Below are positions 31,932 through 43,287 of a stretch of DNA of 64,000 nt, one piece after another. A model generated the notes under the pieces. It was not told the DNA's origin, did no database searches, and was given only the letters and a program-made list of their open reading frames with translations. The stretch spans positions 7,104,001-7,168,000 of the forward strand of contig OY762007.1 of the NCBI GenBank assembly GCA_963665115.1, written 5' to 3'. Every line of letters begins with the position of its first letter. The first letter of the stretch is position 1. This DNA is from an uncultured Rivularia sp. GTDB lineage: Bacteria > Cyanobacteriota > Cyanobacteriia > Cyanobacteriales > Nostocaceae. The position numbers and the translations under genes are program-made.

Positions 31932-33620
31932 TTATTGAGGCATCCATGACCAACCATAGGAATTAGAAGAAGATTTCTTCCGAATAATTGTCCCCAAAGA
32001 TGGAATATTTTCAACTTGAGAAATGCGGTCACGCATATACTCATAAAAACTGATACCCAACTTACGAGTAGTGTCAACAAGGGACATAAAAACATCCCAC
32101 GCTTTTGTGCCTTGTTTTGTCTGGGTTGCGTAACTGATGTTACGTCGTTGTACCATAGTCCTAGCAGCTAATTCGGCAGGGTTGTTATGCAATAGTAATT
32201 CTGGATGCTCCAACACGAGAAGCAACTCGTTTACTTTCAAAGTAGTTAATCGTTTTCGCTCATCTAACTGTTGATAACCACTTTTTTCTGTAAAAAGTGT
32301 CCAAAATTCCATTTCTAGTTCGTGAGCTTTATCCCAACTTGGAGAATCTCGATAAGATAATAATTTTCTGTAATATTCCCAGAATCTTTCTAGAAAATTA
32401 TCTAAAAGTTTTTGATGGCAAGGTATAAGCGGACTTAATTTCTTATAATGTCGTCCTTCATGCACCCAACAAAGAGCCAAATCCGATGTTATTAACTTGA
32501 ACTGCGGAGCATCATCGCATACTAGAGTTGTAATTACTGGTACAGTTGATTGCTGATGATAAAAAGCAATTGCTGCCGATTCATATATGCGAGAACGGTG
32601 TTGAGAACCAAGTCTACTTAAGTACTCACCAATCAAAAAATTAAACTCAGTTTCGGTAAAAGCCTTCTGTTGAGATAGTAATTTTAGTTTATTAACCCAC
32701 TTAATTGGAACTTTAAAAGTCTCCAAAAGTTCATAGGTCATCTCGTTGAGAACAAAGGAGAGTTCGGTTGTGTTTTGAAATACTTTTAATACAGTCAAAC
32801 GGTCTTTGTATCGCGTTGTTTGGTAAATTGTGTACAAGGGGTTACAAATCACATTTGTTGTATGGTTCACTCCTGCAACACGCGCACCTGTTTGGTCAAA
32901 GTGTTGCCAAGGACTGCTGGCTAACCCTTCCTTGTATACTTCTTCGTATTCAGCTTCAAAATATTCTTGGTTTTTAATTAATAAATTTGATATTGTTCCT
33001 GCACTAATCGAGATACCAATATCTTCTAAAAATTCTAATAACTTCCCTTGGGTCATGTTTCCACCATAATATAGACTCATGACCAAAGCTTTTACTCCTG
33101 GACCAAATTCACCTTCGTAACCTGTTGGTAGTTCCGCTAAATAAGTTTTTCCTGTTTCTGGTGAGTAGTATTTTTGCTTGCGGAACAGTATGTTATCTGG
33201 CTTAAGTAAAATGTCTTGGACTACTACTTCCTCATAACCCTTGAACTGTGCGTCTGCTGGTAATTGTTCTTGTGGGTAAACTACAATCTCTTCTCGGTTT
33301 ATCTTGATAGACTCGTTTTTACTTGCTTTACTGTGTTCTTTTGCTATTTTTCGTTCTTTTTCTGATGAATAGTTTTTCTTAAACCCTTTGTTTTTATTCG
33401 CTTTGATGTCTGGTTTACCTTGTTCACCTTTTAAGCGGTTGTTTTCATCACGTAGTTTTTGATTTTCTTCTTCTAATTCTTTGATTTTTACATTTAGCTG
33501 TTCTATTAAGTTGAGTAATACTTCTACCGTTTGACGCACGTCCTCGTCTGCAATCTGTTTTGGGTCGATTGATTGCAATAATGCTGTGACTAATTTTTTA
33601 GATGATCGTTTTTGCGTCAT
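31932..33620 (-). CDS. IS66-family DDE transposase
   Basis: N-terminal coiled coil, FGPG.KA, HFDQTG, LVCDDA, LCWVH..R, HNNPAE..AR..V.RR.IS. Confidence 0.9.
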   Translation of the reverse strand: MTQKRSSKKLVTALLQSIDPKQIADEDVRQTVEVLLNLIEQLNVKIKELEEENQKLRDENNRLKGEQGKPDIKANKNKGFKKNYSSEKERKIAKEHSKASKNESIKINREEIVVYPQEQLPADAQFKGYEEVVVQDILLKPDNILFRKQKYYSPETGKTYLAELPTGYEGEFGPGVKALVMSLYYGGNMTQGKLLEFLEDIGISISAGTISNLLIKNQEYFEAEYEEVYKEGLASSPWQHFDQTGARVAGVNHTTNVICNPLYTIYQTTRYKDRLTVLKVFQNTTELSFVLNEMTYELLETFKVPIKWVNKLKLLSQQKAFTETEFNFLIGEYLSRLGSQHRSRIYESAAIAFYHQQSTVPVITTLVCDDAPQFKLITSDLALCWVHEGRHYKKLSPLIPCHQKLLDNFLERFWEYYRKLLSYRDSPSWDKAHELEMEFWTLFTEKSGYQQLDERKRLTTLKVNELLLVLEHPELLLHNNPAELAARTMVQRRNISYATQTKQGTKAWDVFMSLVDTTRKLGISFYEYMRDRISQVENIPSLGTIIRKKSSSNSYGWSWMPQ

Positions 33621-33859
33621 GCTTCATATTCTACGACGCAAGGTGTACCTTTACCCCATTTTTTTGAGCGGATACTATAGTTTTATGTCAAGATTAATAA
33701 ATACAAAATAATATTATTTTAAGCAATTTTCTCATATAATTCGTTCTATACGAAAGACAACAACAACCATTGGCGTTAAGCGAAGCTCTACCGAAGGTAA
33801 TCGCCCATTGTTTAGTCAAGGGTACAAAAATTATTCTTACAAATTAATTCATCGCCCTT

Positions 33860-34003
33860 ACTAGTAGTGCTTTGCATTTATTCTGATAGTTTGTAGAGAC
33901 GTTATACATAACGTCTCCCAAAGTTTACCTAGAAAACGAACCAGTCAAAAAGGTTTGTTTTTTTCCAAAACTGCATGAGACGTAGCACTGCTACGTCTCT
34001 ACA
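33860..34003. repeat. MITE-arm plus GTAGAGACG-hairpin dispersed repeats
   Basis: CTAGTAGTGCTTTGCATTTATTCTGA arm, GTAGAGACGTTATACATAACGTCTC (also at ~53737 and ~58698), GAGACGTAGCACTGCTACGTCTCTAC. Confidence 0.75.
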
Positions 34004-34011
34004 TTTGTGGT

Positions 34012-36922
34012 TTATTCGGAATATTCCTCCATCGAAGGACAAGAACAAATCAAATTCCTGTCACCGAAAGCAGCGTCAATCCGCCCTACAGCAACCCAAA
34101 ATTTATGTTCTCGCGTCCAAGGTGCCGGATAAGCAGCTTGTTCGCGGGTGTAAGGATGATTCCATTCACCTACAATTAAACTTTGGGCAGTATGTGGTGC
34201 GTTTTTCAAAACGTTGTCTTGAGCATCCACTTTACCCGCTTCGATTTGTGCAACTTCCTCGCGAATAGAAATCATCGCATCGCAGAATCTATCTAATTCC
34301 TCAAGAGATTCGCTTTCAGTTGGCTCTACCATCACGGTACCAGCTACGGGCCAAGATACTGTAGGGGCGTGGAAACCATAATCCATCAAACGCTTGGCAA
34401 CATCATCAATTTCGATACTTGCCGATTTCTTCAAAGAACGTAAATCTAAGATGCATTCGTGAGCTACTAAGCCATTTTTGCCTGCATACAACACGGGATA
34501 GTGTTTTTCTAATCTTTTAGCCATGTAATTGGCGTTGAGAATAGCTACTTTGGTTGCTTCAGTTAAACCATCCGCCCCCATCATGGCAATGTACATCCAA
34601 GAAATCACCAAAATACTGGCACTACCCCAAGGTGCGGCGGAAACCGAACCATTTGAGGAATCCGCTATGGGATTTCCGGGGAGGAAGGGTACTAAATGAG
34701 CGGCTACGCCAATTGGTCCCATGCCTGGACCGCCTCCGCCGTGGGGGATACAGAAGGTTTTATGTAAATTCAGGTGACATACATCTGCACCAAAATCACC
34801 GGGACGACAAATACCAACTTGGGCGTTCATATTCGCACCATCCATGTAAACTTGTCCGCCGTGGGTGTGGACAATTTCACAAACTTCTTTGATTCCTTCT
34901 TCAAATACCCCATGAGTTGAAGGGTATGTCACCATCAAAGCAGCAAGTTCGTTTGCGTGTTTCTGCGCCTTTTCTTTCAGGTCATTGATATCAATGTTAC
35001 CTTCGTCATCGCAAGCTACAGCAACAACTTTCATCCCGCACATGACCGCGCTCGCCGGGTTTGTACCGTGAGCAGAAGTAGGAATCAAACAAATATTACG
35101 ATGTGCTTCGGATCGGCTTTCGTGATATCTCCGAATTGATAAAAGCCCCGCATATTCTCCTTGAGAACCAGCATTCGGTTGCAGAGAAATTCCTGCAAAA
35201 CCCGTTATTTCTCCCAACCATTTTTCCAGTTGTTCAAATAGTCGCGAATAACCTTGCACTTGCGATAAAGGAGCAAACGGGTGAATTTGACCAAACTCAG
35301 CCCAGCTTACAGGTATCATTTCCGCCGTAGCGTTAAGTTTCATCGTACAGGAACCCAAAGGAATCATCGAAGTAGTTAACGATAAATCCTTGGCTTCGAG
35401 TTGATGCAGATAGCGCAATAATTCGGTTTCTGAATGATAACGATTGAATACGGGGTGAGTGAGGAAGTCGGATTTGCGAGGGAGGGGGAGAGGTGGGGAG
35501 GGGGAGAGGGGGGGAAGGGGAGAAGGTAATTCGTTTTCAAGAGAGAAAATCTTTAATAAATCTTCGACATCTGCTTCCGTGGTGGTTTCATCTAAGGAAA
35601 TTCCTACGGAATTATCATCGAAAATGCGAAGATTGATTTTCTTACTTTGACAGCGTTCTAAAATCTCTTTCTTACTGCGCTTTCCTAAATTAACTCGCAG
35701 CGTATCAAAGAAATATTCATTTTCAATGGTGTAATCAAGTTGCTTCAATCCTTCAGCTAACTTGGCAGTTAAAGAATGAATTTTTTGAGCAATCTCCTTA
35801 ATTCCATCGGGGGCCGTGATAAACCGCATACATACTCGCCATTACTGCCAACAATACTTGTGCAGTACAAATATTGCTAGTTGCTTTCTCGCGGCGAATG
35901 TGTTGTTCGCGGGTTTGCAAAGCTAAACGCAATGCGGGTTTACCTTCGACATCCTTCGATAAACCAACAATCCTTCCTGGCACCTGACGCTTATACTTTT
36001 CCTTGGTTGCAAAATATGCCGCATGAGGTCCCCCAAACCCCAACGGAATACCAAAGCGTTGAGTACTACCGATAGCAATATCAGCGCCAAATTCCCCAGG
36101 TGGAGTTAACAAACTTAAGCTCAAAGGATCGGCAGCTACCGTAACCAAAGCCCCCGATTCATGAACTTTAGCCACAAAATCGGCATAATCATAAATTGAG
36201 CCATCGGTAGCAGGATATTGAACAATAGCCCCAAAAATTGGTTGAGAAAAATCAAAAGTTTGGTGATTCCCAACAACAATCTCAATTCCCAAAGGTTCTG
36301 CCCGTGTCTGCAACACGGCGATTGTTTGAGGATGACATTCTTGAGAAACAAAGAAAGTATTTGCCTTGTTTTTGCAAACACCATAGCTCATACTCATTGC
36401 TTCCGCTGCTGCCGTAGCTTCATCGAGCAGCGAAGCATTAGCAATTTCCAAACCCGTTAAATCGGTAATCAAAGTTTGGAAATTTAACAAAGCCTCAAGT
36501 CTCCCTTGAGCAATTTCCGGTTGATAAGGAGTATAAGCAGTATACCAACCAGGATTTTCCAAAATATTTCGTTGAATTACCCCTGGAGTAATACTGTTGT
36601 AATACCCCATACCAATAAACGAACGAAAAACCTGGTTTTTGGACGCAATTTCCTTCAAAGTTGCCAGCGCCGCATATTCGCTTTGTGCTGACGGCAACTT
36701 CAAGCTACCGTCACTGCGAATCGTTTGCGGAACCGCTCGGTCGATCAAATCATCCAGGCTATCAAAGCCCAAAATCTTCAGCATTCTTGAGACATCATCA
36801 GAATTAGGTCCGATATGTCTTTGAGCAAAAGAAGTCACAGAGTGAGATTCTTGTGCGATCGCCTGCTCATCATTAGACGAGTTACGAGGGGCGTAAATTA
36901 CCACTAACTGATTACTCTCCAC
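34012..36922 (-). CDS. gcvP: Glycine dehydrogenase (decarboxylating), P protein (apparent +1 frameshift ~35810)
   Basis: [52 protein letters not shown]; removing one base from the G5 run restores [11 protein letters not shown]. Confidence 0.95.
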
Positions 36923-36956
36923 ACGTTACTACTTAATATTCTGCAACAATTATGTA

Positions 36957-37160
36957 AACAGTGAGCAGTTATCAGTGAGCAGTTAGGAATAAAGGTCAAA
37001 GGTTAAAGGTTAAAGGTCAAAGTTATTTTTATCTCCTTGTCTCCTTGTCTCCTTGTCTCCTTGTTCCCCCTCTTCCCCCTCTCCCCCCTCTCCCCCCTCT
37101 CCCCCCTCTTTCCCCTCTCCCCCCTCTTCCCCCCTCTCCCCCCTCTTTCCCCTCTCCCCT
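36957..37160. repeat. STRR cluster between gcvH and gcvP
   Basis: (AAAGGTY)n, (TCTCCTTG)n, (CCCCCTCTC)n. Confidence 0.85.
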
Positions 37161-37548
37161 ACTTCCCTTCCACCTTAGAGCTATACTCAGCAGCGCTCAT
37201 TGCGTCATCAATATCGCTGGGGTTTTCGACTTTGACTTTTATTAACCATCCCTTACCGTAGGGTTCGTCTGCTAAACCTTCGGGAGCATCAACCATTGCA
37301 TCATTACATTCGGTGACGGTACCAGTTACGGGTGAATTCAAGTCTTCTACGGCTTTGACTGATTCAACCGTACCAAAAGTTTCTCCCTTAGTTATGGTGT
37401 CCCCAACTCCGGGCAATTCCAAAAATACAATATCTCCCAACTGATCTATAGCAAAAGCACTAATTCCAATCGTCGCATTTTCACCTTCAAGACGCACGTA
37501 TTCGTGACTATCTAAGTATTTCAAATCTTCTGGATATTCAAAAGCCAT
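37159..37548 (-). CDS. gcvH: Glycine cleavage system H protein
   Basis: [17 protein letters not shown], lipoyl motif VESVKA, PYG.GW. Confidence 0.96.
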   Translation of the reverse strand: MAFEYPEDLKYLDSHEYVRLEGENATIGISAFAIDQLGDIVFLELPGVGDTITKGETFGTVESVKAVEDLNSPVTGTVTECNDAMVDAPEGLADEPYGKGWLIKVKVENPSDIDDAMSAAEYSSKVEGK

Positions 37549-37705
37549 TTTATTCACTAATCAATTATCAATTATCAATTATCAGTAATTAAGGTCAAAG
37601 GTCAAAAGTTAAAGGTCAAAGGTTAAAGGTTAAAGGTTAAGAGTTAGTAATTAAACTGTCTACCTTATGCCCAACGCCCAATGCCCAATGCCCCATGCCC
37701 CATCC

Positions 37706-38842
37706 TCACTTACTAACCCGACTTGTTGACTTGTAAAACGGACGCTTCACGACAGTTGCGGGATAAGTTTTGCCGCGTATTTCTATTTCCAATTGGTTAT
37801 CAGGTTTTGCTAGTTCTGGGGGCACATAGGCTAAAGCAATGGGATAACCGAGTGTTGGCGACAATGTGCCGCTGGTGATTTCTCCAACTTTTTCACCTGC
37901 GGATATTATTGGATATCCATGACGGGCAATGTTACGTCCTTGCATTTGCAGACGTACTAGTTTGCGTTGAACCCCAGCGGCTTTTTGCTGTTCTAATGCT
38001 TTACGTCCAATAAAATCGCCTTTGGTGTCTAAATGAACTAACCAACCCAAACCAGCTTCTAAAGGAGTGGTGGTATCATCGATATCTTGTCCGTAAAGCG
38101 CCATCGCGGCTTCCAGTCTCAAAGTGTCTCTGGCTCCCAATCCTGCCGGAACTACACCCGCTTCAATCAACTTTTGCCAAAGCTCAATTCCTATACTCGG
38201 TTCAACCATTACCTCAAAACCATCTTCTCCGGTGTAACCAGTGCGAGCCAGAAAAGCAGGTTTACCAAGTACTGTTGCATCTAAATGACCGTATGCTTTG
38301 ACAGGAGTTAAATCTTCTTCCACAAATTTTTGCAGAATTTCAGTGGCTTTTGGTCCTTGAACCGCTAATAAAACCTTTTCTGCTGATAAATCCTGGAATT
38401 CCACCTGTTGAATATCAAGGTGTTCGAGCAACCATGCTTTGTCTTTTGCTGTGGTTGCTGCATTGACGATAATAAATCCTTTTTGTAAACCAGTATTATC
38501 TTCGCCTTGATAATAAAAAATTATGTCATCAATAATCCCACCGTTCGGATTTAATAAAACGGTGTATTGCGCTTGATTTGGTTGCAGACGGCTTAAATCC
38601 GAAGGAACCAGACGTTGAAGTTGGGAAACTAAATTTTTACCTTGTAAACTAAACTTCCCCATGTGGGAGATATCGAACATCCCAGCACCACTTCTGACAG
38701 CCTCATGCTCCTTACTAATACCAGAAAACTGTACCGGCATTTCCCAACCGCCAAAACTAGTAAGCCGCGCTTTCAATTCTTGTACAACCGTAAATAAAGG
38801 CGTTCGCGCCAAACTCAAAGCGATTTCTTCTTTATTAGCCAC
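37706..38842 (-). CDS. gcvT: Glycine cleavage system aminomethyltransferase T
   Basis: RTPL, FGGWEMPVQF, FDISHMG, RTGYTGEDGFE, ARDTLRLEA. Confidence 0.96.
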   Translation of the reverse strand: MANKEEIALSLARTPLFTVVQELKARLTSFGGWEMPVQFSGISKEHEAVRSGAGMFDISHMGKFSLQGKNLVSQLQRLVPSDLSRLQPNQAQYTVLLNPNGGIIDDIIFYYQGEDNTGLQKGFIIVNAATTAKDKAWLLEHLDIQQVEFQDLSAEKVLLAVQGPKATEILQKFVEEDLTPVKAYGHLDATVLGKPAFLARTGYTGEDGFEVMVEPSIGIELWQKLIEAGVVPAGLGARDTLRLEAAMALYGQDIDDTTTPLEAGLGWLVHLDTKGDFIGRKALEQQKAAGVQRKLVRLQMQGRNIARHGYPIISAGEKVGEITSGTLSPTLGYPIALAYVPPELAKPDNQLEIEIRGKTYPATVVKRPFYKSTSRVSK

Positions 38843-38899
38843 AAACAACTTCGCTTTTTCTAGTCAACAACATATTTAAATATCCTACGCCGATGTTGT

Positions 38900-39145
38900 T
38901 ATTAGTGGTTAGAAATTGGGAATTGGGGATTTGGGGATTGGGGATTGGGGATTGGGGGAGAGGGGGAGAGGGGGAGACAAGGAGACAAGGGGATGGGGAG
39001 AGGGGGAGAATCGGTAAGTCCAGTTATTTAAGATATTTACTTATTACTTATTACTTATTACCTATTACCTTTTACAACTCCTAACTCTTAACTCCTAACT
39101 CTTAATTCCTAACTCCCCATCTCCTTGTCTCCCCATCACTCCTCC
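38900..39145. repeat. STRR cluster between gcvT and pentapeptide gene
   Basis: (GGGGATT)n, (GGAGACAA)n ... (TTACTTA)n, (CTCCTAA)n, CCCCATCTCC. Confidence 0.85.
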
Positions 39146-39207
39146 CACCTTCACCAAATATGCTTAAATGTGTGTGTATTGAGTTTTATTAAGTAGAAAT
39201 TAGAGAT

Positions 39208-39702
39208 ATGAAATTTTGGCAAGTATTAACTGGCTTTGTCTTGGCTATTGTGGTGCTTTTCTACCCTTTGTCGGCTGAAGCTGCAAGTTCGTCTAGTATT
39301 TCTCGTGCGGCTGGAAATGAATTATCTGGTAAAGATTTATCTGGACAAAGTTTAGTTGGGGAGGAATATACCACTCTAAGTCTAGAAAATACTAATTTTA
39401 GTAGCGCCGATATGCGCGGTGCTGTTTTTAACGGTTCATTATTACAAAACTCAAATTTTCACGGTGTTGATTTCAGCGATGGCATAGCTTATTTATCAAG
39501 TTTTAAAAATTCAGATTTGAGTGATGCAATTTTTACTAATGCAATGATGTTACGTACTGTTTTCAATAATGTTGATGTTACAGACGCTGATTTCAGCGGT
39601 GCGATTTTAGACCGCGTACAAGTAAAAAAATTGTGCGAAACCGCAAGTGGCGTTAATTCAAAAACCGGCGTGTCTACTCGCAAGTCTCTTGAATGTAAGT
39701 AG
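39208..39702 (+). CDS. Pentapeptide repeat protein (thylakoid-lumen type)
   Basis: Signal peptide, A(D/N)(L/F)xx repeats, LC..ASG.N..TG..TR.SL.C end. Confidence 0.9.
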   Translation: MKFWQVLTGFVLAIVVLFYPLSAEAASSSSISRAAGNELSGKDLSGQSLVGEEYTTLSLENTNFSSADMRGAVFNGSLLQNSNFHGVDFSDGIAYLSSFKNSDLSDAIFTNAMMLRTVFNNVDVTDADFSGAILDRVQVKKLCETASGVNSKTGVSTRKSLECK

Positions 39703-39809
39703 GGAATAGATGGGGAGAGGGGAGAGGGGGTAGAGGGGGTAGAACAATTAGATTATTACCAATTACCTATTCCCAATGCCCAATGCCCAATCCCCAATTC
39801 CCAATTTCA

Positions 39810-41639
39810 TCACTGAGCCTTCTTCTCTTCTGGCTTCTTGTATTTACCTGGATACTTACGCGCAAAATAATCTTCCATAACTTGTTTTACCATTGGTGCG
39901 GCGACGCTACCTCCACCACCTCCGGAGTGTTCGGCGAATCCTAATATGACTACTTCGGGTTTGTCTGCGGGTGCATATCCACCAAACCATGCATGGTTTG
40001 CTTTGACACGACTAGGTAGCCATGCTTCTGCTGTTCCTGTTTTTCCTGCTACTGGAGGAAGTGTTGGCGAGTTCATCAATTTAGCGGTACCGTCTGTAAT
40101 TACTTCTCGCAATCCTCTTTGAATCATTTTTGTGGTTGAAGGCTTCATGCCGATGTTTTCCCGCCATTTCTTTTTCTCTTCGTTGTCTTTAAGCACGTGG
40201 GGCTTGACTAAATAGCCGCCGTTTGCTGGGATGGCGAACATTCTTGCTACTTGTAAAGGTGTAGCTAATAAAGCACCTTGCCCGATAGACATATTCACTG
40301 AATCCCCTACTGTCCAATCGCGTTTCCACAATTTTCGTTGATAATCGTTATCGGGTACAAAGCCTTTTGATTCGCTGAAGGAAAATTCCGAACCTGTTTG
40401 TTTACCAAATCCAAAATTACGAGTCCATTTAATTAATTCTTCACCCCCGACTCTTGCACCTACTTGATAAAAGAATGTGTCGCTACTCCAAGCTAAAGCT
40501 CCTGAAAAATTTAATGGTCCAAATCCAGCATGGTTCCATTCATTAAAACGGTGTCCGCCAAAAATTCGATAACCATAAGTTTGCAGCACCGTACTTGGAG
40601 AAAATTTACCCGATTCCAAACCTGCGGCAATGGTAACGACTTTAAAAGTACTAGCAGGTGGATAAGCTCTGAAAGCACGATTGAGCATGGGGTGCTTTTT
40701 ACCTAAGAGTATTGCCTGCAACTCTTTTTGTGAAGGATTTTGTTTGGAAAAGACGTTGGGATCGAATGCGGGATAGGACACCATTGCCAAAATTCCACCG
40801 TTGTTGGGATCTAAAGCGACAATTGTACCGGTACGTCCTTGCAAAGCTTTGTAGGCAGCTTTTTGTAAATCCAAATCTATGGTTAATGCGATATCTTGAC
40901 CGGGTTGTGCCTGTTTTACGCCTAATACTTTAAGCGGACGACCTTTACCGTCAACTTCCACCTGTTGACCACCCCATTCCCCCCGCAAGGTCGTTTCAAA
41001 TGCCCTTTCTACACCCATCTGTCCGATTACGTCTCCCAGACGGTAGCCGTCTTTCTTTTTCTTCGCTAACTGTTCTGGGGTGAGTTCGCGGGTGTAACCG
41101 AGTACGTGAGCTAGTTGTGCGCCATGAGGATAGTAGCGAACGGCTTCTCGGTTAATTTCTACATCCGGCAGTTCGCTTTCATACTCTTTTAAAGCTGTAA
41201 TTTGCTGGAGATTGATATCACGAGCAATCCTTACCAAAGAAGAAGAATTCGGGCCTGCTTTTTCTAGCTGCTGTTGAATTTCTTTTTCAGGAATACCGAG
41301 AATTTCAGATAAACGCGGAGCTACTGTTTGCCAAGATTCTTTTTTGTGAGCCATAGGCCACAAATATACGGAGTGAGGATAACGAGTTGTAGCTAAAAGT
41401 TTACCGTTTCGATCGAAAACATTACCTCTTTCTGGCTGCCGCAAAATTAAACGAATACGATTTTCTTCCGCTCGCTTACTAAAGCTTTCTCCTTTAACTA
41501 CTTGTAAATACGCTAATCGACTTAGGATTCCGCTTGTCAAAAGCAACGTAAATAAGATTAAGAATATCGATTGATAGCCTTTTCCTACAGAACGCTCATC
41601 TTTTTTCTTGCCGATTGATGGTAGTTGTAATAAGCTCAT
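39810..41639 (-). CDS. mrdA: Penicillin-binding protein 2
   Basis: PERG..FDRNG, R.YP.G, YPPASTFK (SxxK), SSD, GKTGTAE. Confidence 0.93.
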   Translation of the reverse strand: MSLLQLPSIGKKKDERSVGKGYQSIFLILFTLLLTSGILSRLAYLQVVKGESFSKRAEENRIRLILRQPERGNVFDRNGKLLATTRYPHSVYLWPMAHKKESWQTVAPRLSEILGIPEKEIQQQLEKAGPNSSSLVRIARDINLQQITALKEYESELPDVEINREAVRYYPHGAQLAHVLGYTRELTPEQLAKKKKDGYRLGDVIGQMGVERAFETTLRGEWGGQQVEVDGKGRPLKVLGVKQAQPGQDIALTIDLDLQKAAYKALQGRTGTIVALDPNNGGILAMVSYPAFDPNVFSKQNPSQKELQAILLGKKHPMLNRAFRAYPPASTFKVVTIAAGLESGKFSPSTVLQTYGYRIFGGHRFNEWNHAGFGPLNFSGALAWSSDTFFYQVGARVGGEELIKWTRNFGFGKQTGSEFSFSESKGFVPDNDYQRKLWKRDWTVGDSVNMSIGQGALLATPLQVARMFAIPANGGYLVKPHVLKDNEEKKKWRENIGMKPSTTKMIQRGLREVITDGTAKLMNSPTLPPVAGKTGTAEAWLPSRVKANHAWFGGYAPADKPEVVILGFAEHSGGGGGSVAAPMVKQVMEDYFARKYPGKYKKPEEKKAQ

Positions 41640-42125
41640 AAAACAAAAAATTATAGAGAAAATAGCATTATCTGTATACAATTATGCCTCCGTAAAAACC
41701 GGGAGACGACCGTTAAATAATTGAAAGATTATATTATGTTTTACTGTCTTTTTAGTTACTTCGTACTAAATAGTAAAGAACCATACCAATTTTAGATTTT
41801 TATTTTAGATATTAGATTATGTCCTACCTTACGGAAACACCTTGCGGCGAACGGACACATCTTGCAAATAGATTTTGGTTTCAGTTCAAAAAATTTCGGA
41901 TAACCGCCACTTACTTTCGCGGACGTTCTAAAATTCTTAAGCCTACGAGTAAATCTGGGGATTAATCCAAAACTGGAGAGCTAATTACTTTATACATCAA
42001 CAGCGCTTTATAGCAAGTAAATTGTTTTTGACGTATACAATAAATCAAAGTGCCTATAATAGTTAGCTGTCGAGACTACATATGTTGGTGCAGATACGTA
42101 CAAATACGCGGATTTATAAAAGATT

Positions 42126-43259
42126 ATGTCTCAAATGATAACTCAGCAGCAAGAGGACGTGACTACTTTTGAGTCGCTTGATGTCGAACTATCTGGAGTA
42201 TTCAAATTTTTCAACAAAGAACCGGCATTGCACGGGATAGATTTAGATGTCAGACAAGGAGAATTTTTTAGTATTCTCGGTCCTTCCGGTTGTGGAAAAA
42301 CCACTGTATTGCGGTTGATTGCTGGTTTTGAGAGAGCGGACGCAGGAACGGTTTTTATTCAAGGTCGTCCAATGGCTAAAATTGCTCCTCATCGCAGACC
42401 AGTTAATACCGTATTTCAGAGTTATGCTTTGTTCTCGCATCTCAATGTATGGGATAACATCGCTTTTGGCTTGAGGTTAAAGAAACTACGCAAAGCTGAA
42501 ATTAACAATCGAGTTAAAGAAGCTTTAGAACTCGTGAAAATGGAAAGTTTGCGATCGCGATTTCCTTGGCAGCTTTCTGGCGGTCAACAGCAACGAGTCG
42601 CATTAGCACGGGCTTTAGTCAATCGTCCTGCGGTTATATTGTTAGATGAACCATTAGGGGCGTTAGATTTAAAGCTACGCAAAGAGATGCAGGTTGAGTT
42701 ATTAAATTTACATCAAAATTTAGGCTTAACTTTTATTATGGTAACGCACGACCAAGAGGAAGCATTGTCGTTATCCCAACGTATTGCGGTAATGAACCAA
42801 GGTCAAATCGAGCAGATTGGCACTCCTAACGATATTTACGAGCAACCACTGTCGCCATTTGTAGCAGATTTTATTGGCGATACAAATTTGTTAGAAGGCG
42901 AAATAGCTGATGTAGACGCAGCCAATATTGAGGTTATTACTAACGCCGGACTAAAAATTATCGTTAAACGCGATTCACATACTCCCACCGGCGTATCCCA
43001 GAATGTCGCATTGAGCGTGCGCCCCGAAAAAATACAGCTTTCTCTGTACAAGCCTAGCGTGCAAAATAATTGTTTTGAAGGACGCTTAGTTAACATCATG
43101 TATTTGGGAACTTATGTTAATTATGTTGTTGAGTTAACGCCTCTTTTACGTATTGTTGTCATGCAGCCCAGTACATTTGGAATGTTGCCAGATCCCGAAA
43201 CACCGATTTATGCTTGGTGGGCAGAAAATGATTGTCTGGCTTTACTTAATAATCAATAG
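42126..43259 (+). CDS. potA: Polyamine ABC transporter ATP-binding protein
   Basis: [35 protein letters not shown]-terminus. Confidence 0.9.
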   Translation: MSQMITQQQEDVTTFESLDVELSGVFKFFNKEPALHGIDLDVRQGEFFSILGPSGCGKTTVLRLIAGFERADAGTVFIQGRPMAKIAPHRRPVNTVFQSYALFSHLNVWDNIAFGLRLKKLRKAEINNRVKEALELVKMESLRSRFPWQLSGGQQQRVALARALVNRPAVILLDEPLGALDLKLRKEMQVELLNLHQNLGLTFIMVTHDQEEALSLSQRIAVMNQGQIEQIGTPNDIYEQPLSPFVADFIGDTNLLEGEIADVDAANIEVITNAGLKIIVKRDSHTPTGVSQNVALSVRPEKIQLSLYKPSVQNNCFEGRLVNIMYLGTYVNYVVELTPLLRIVVMQPSTFGMLPDPETPIYAWWAENDCLALLNNQ

Positions 43260-43287
43260 ATTTAGATAAAAAATCAACATATTATAG

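Larger units (their letters stand above)
31510..33675 (-). mobile_element. IS66-family insertion sequence (single-ORF, ISBst12-like), 2166 bp
   Basis: TIRs GTATCCCCTCAAAATTTCGGGGTA / revcomp GTATCCGCTCAAAAAAATGGGGTA (19/24); exact 8-bp TSD TATAGTTT at 31502-31509 and 33676-33683. Confidence 0.93.

Noticed and set aside
35798..35829. Natural two-subunit gcvPA/gcvPB split or programmed frameshift
   Set aside because: The break falls in a G5 run upstream of the inter-domain linker and matches the window-wide indel pattern.
37037..37261. Pro/Leu/Ser-rich ORFs (also 4263-4445, 38893-39084 and the N-terminus of 19579)
   Set aside because: Translations of STRR tracts.
38850..39200. Glycine riboswitch upstream of gcvT
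   Set aside because: Region consists of STRR tracts; no aptamer architecture recognisable.
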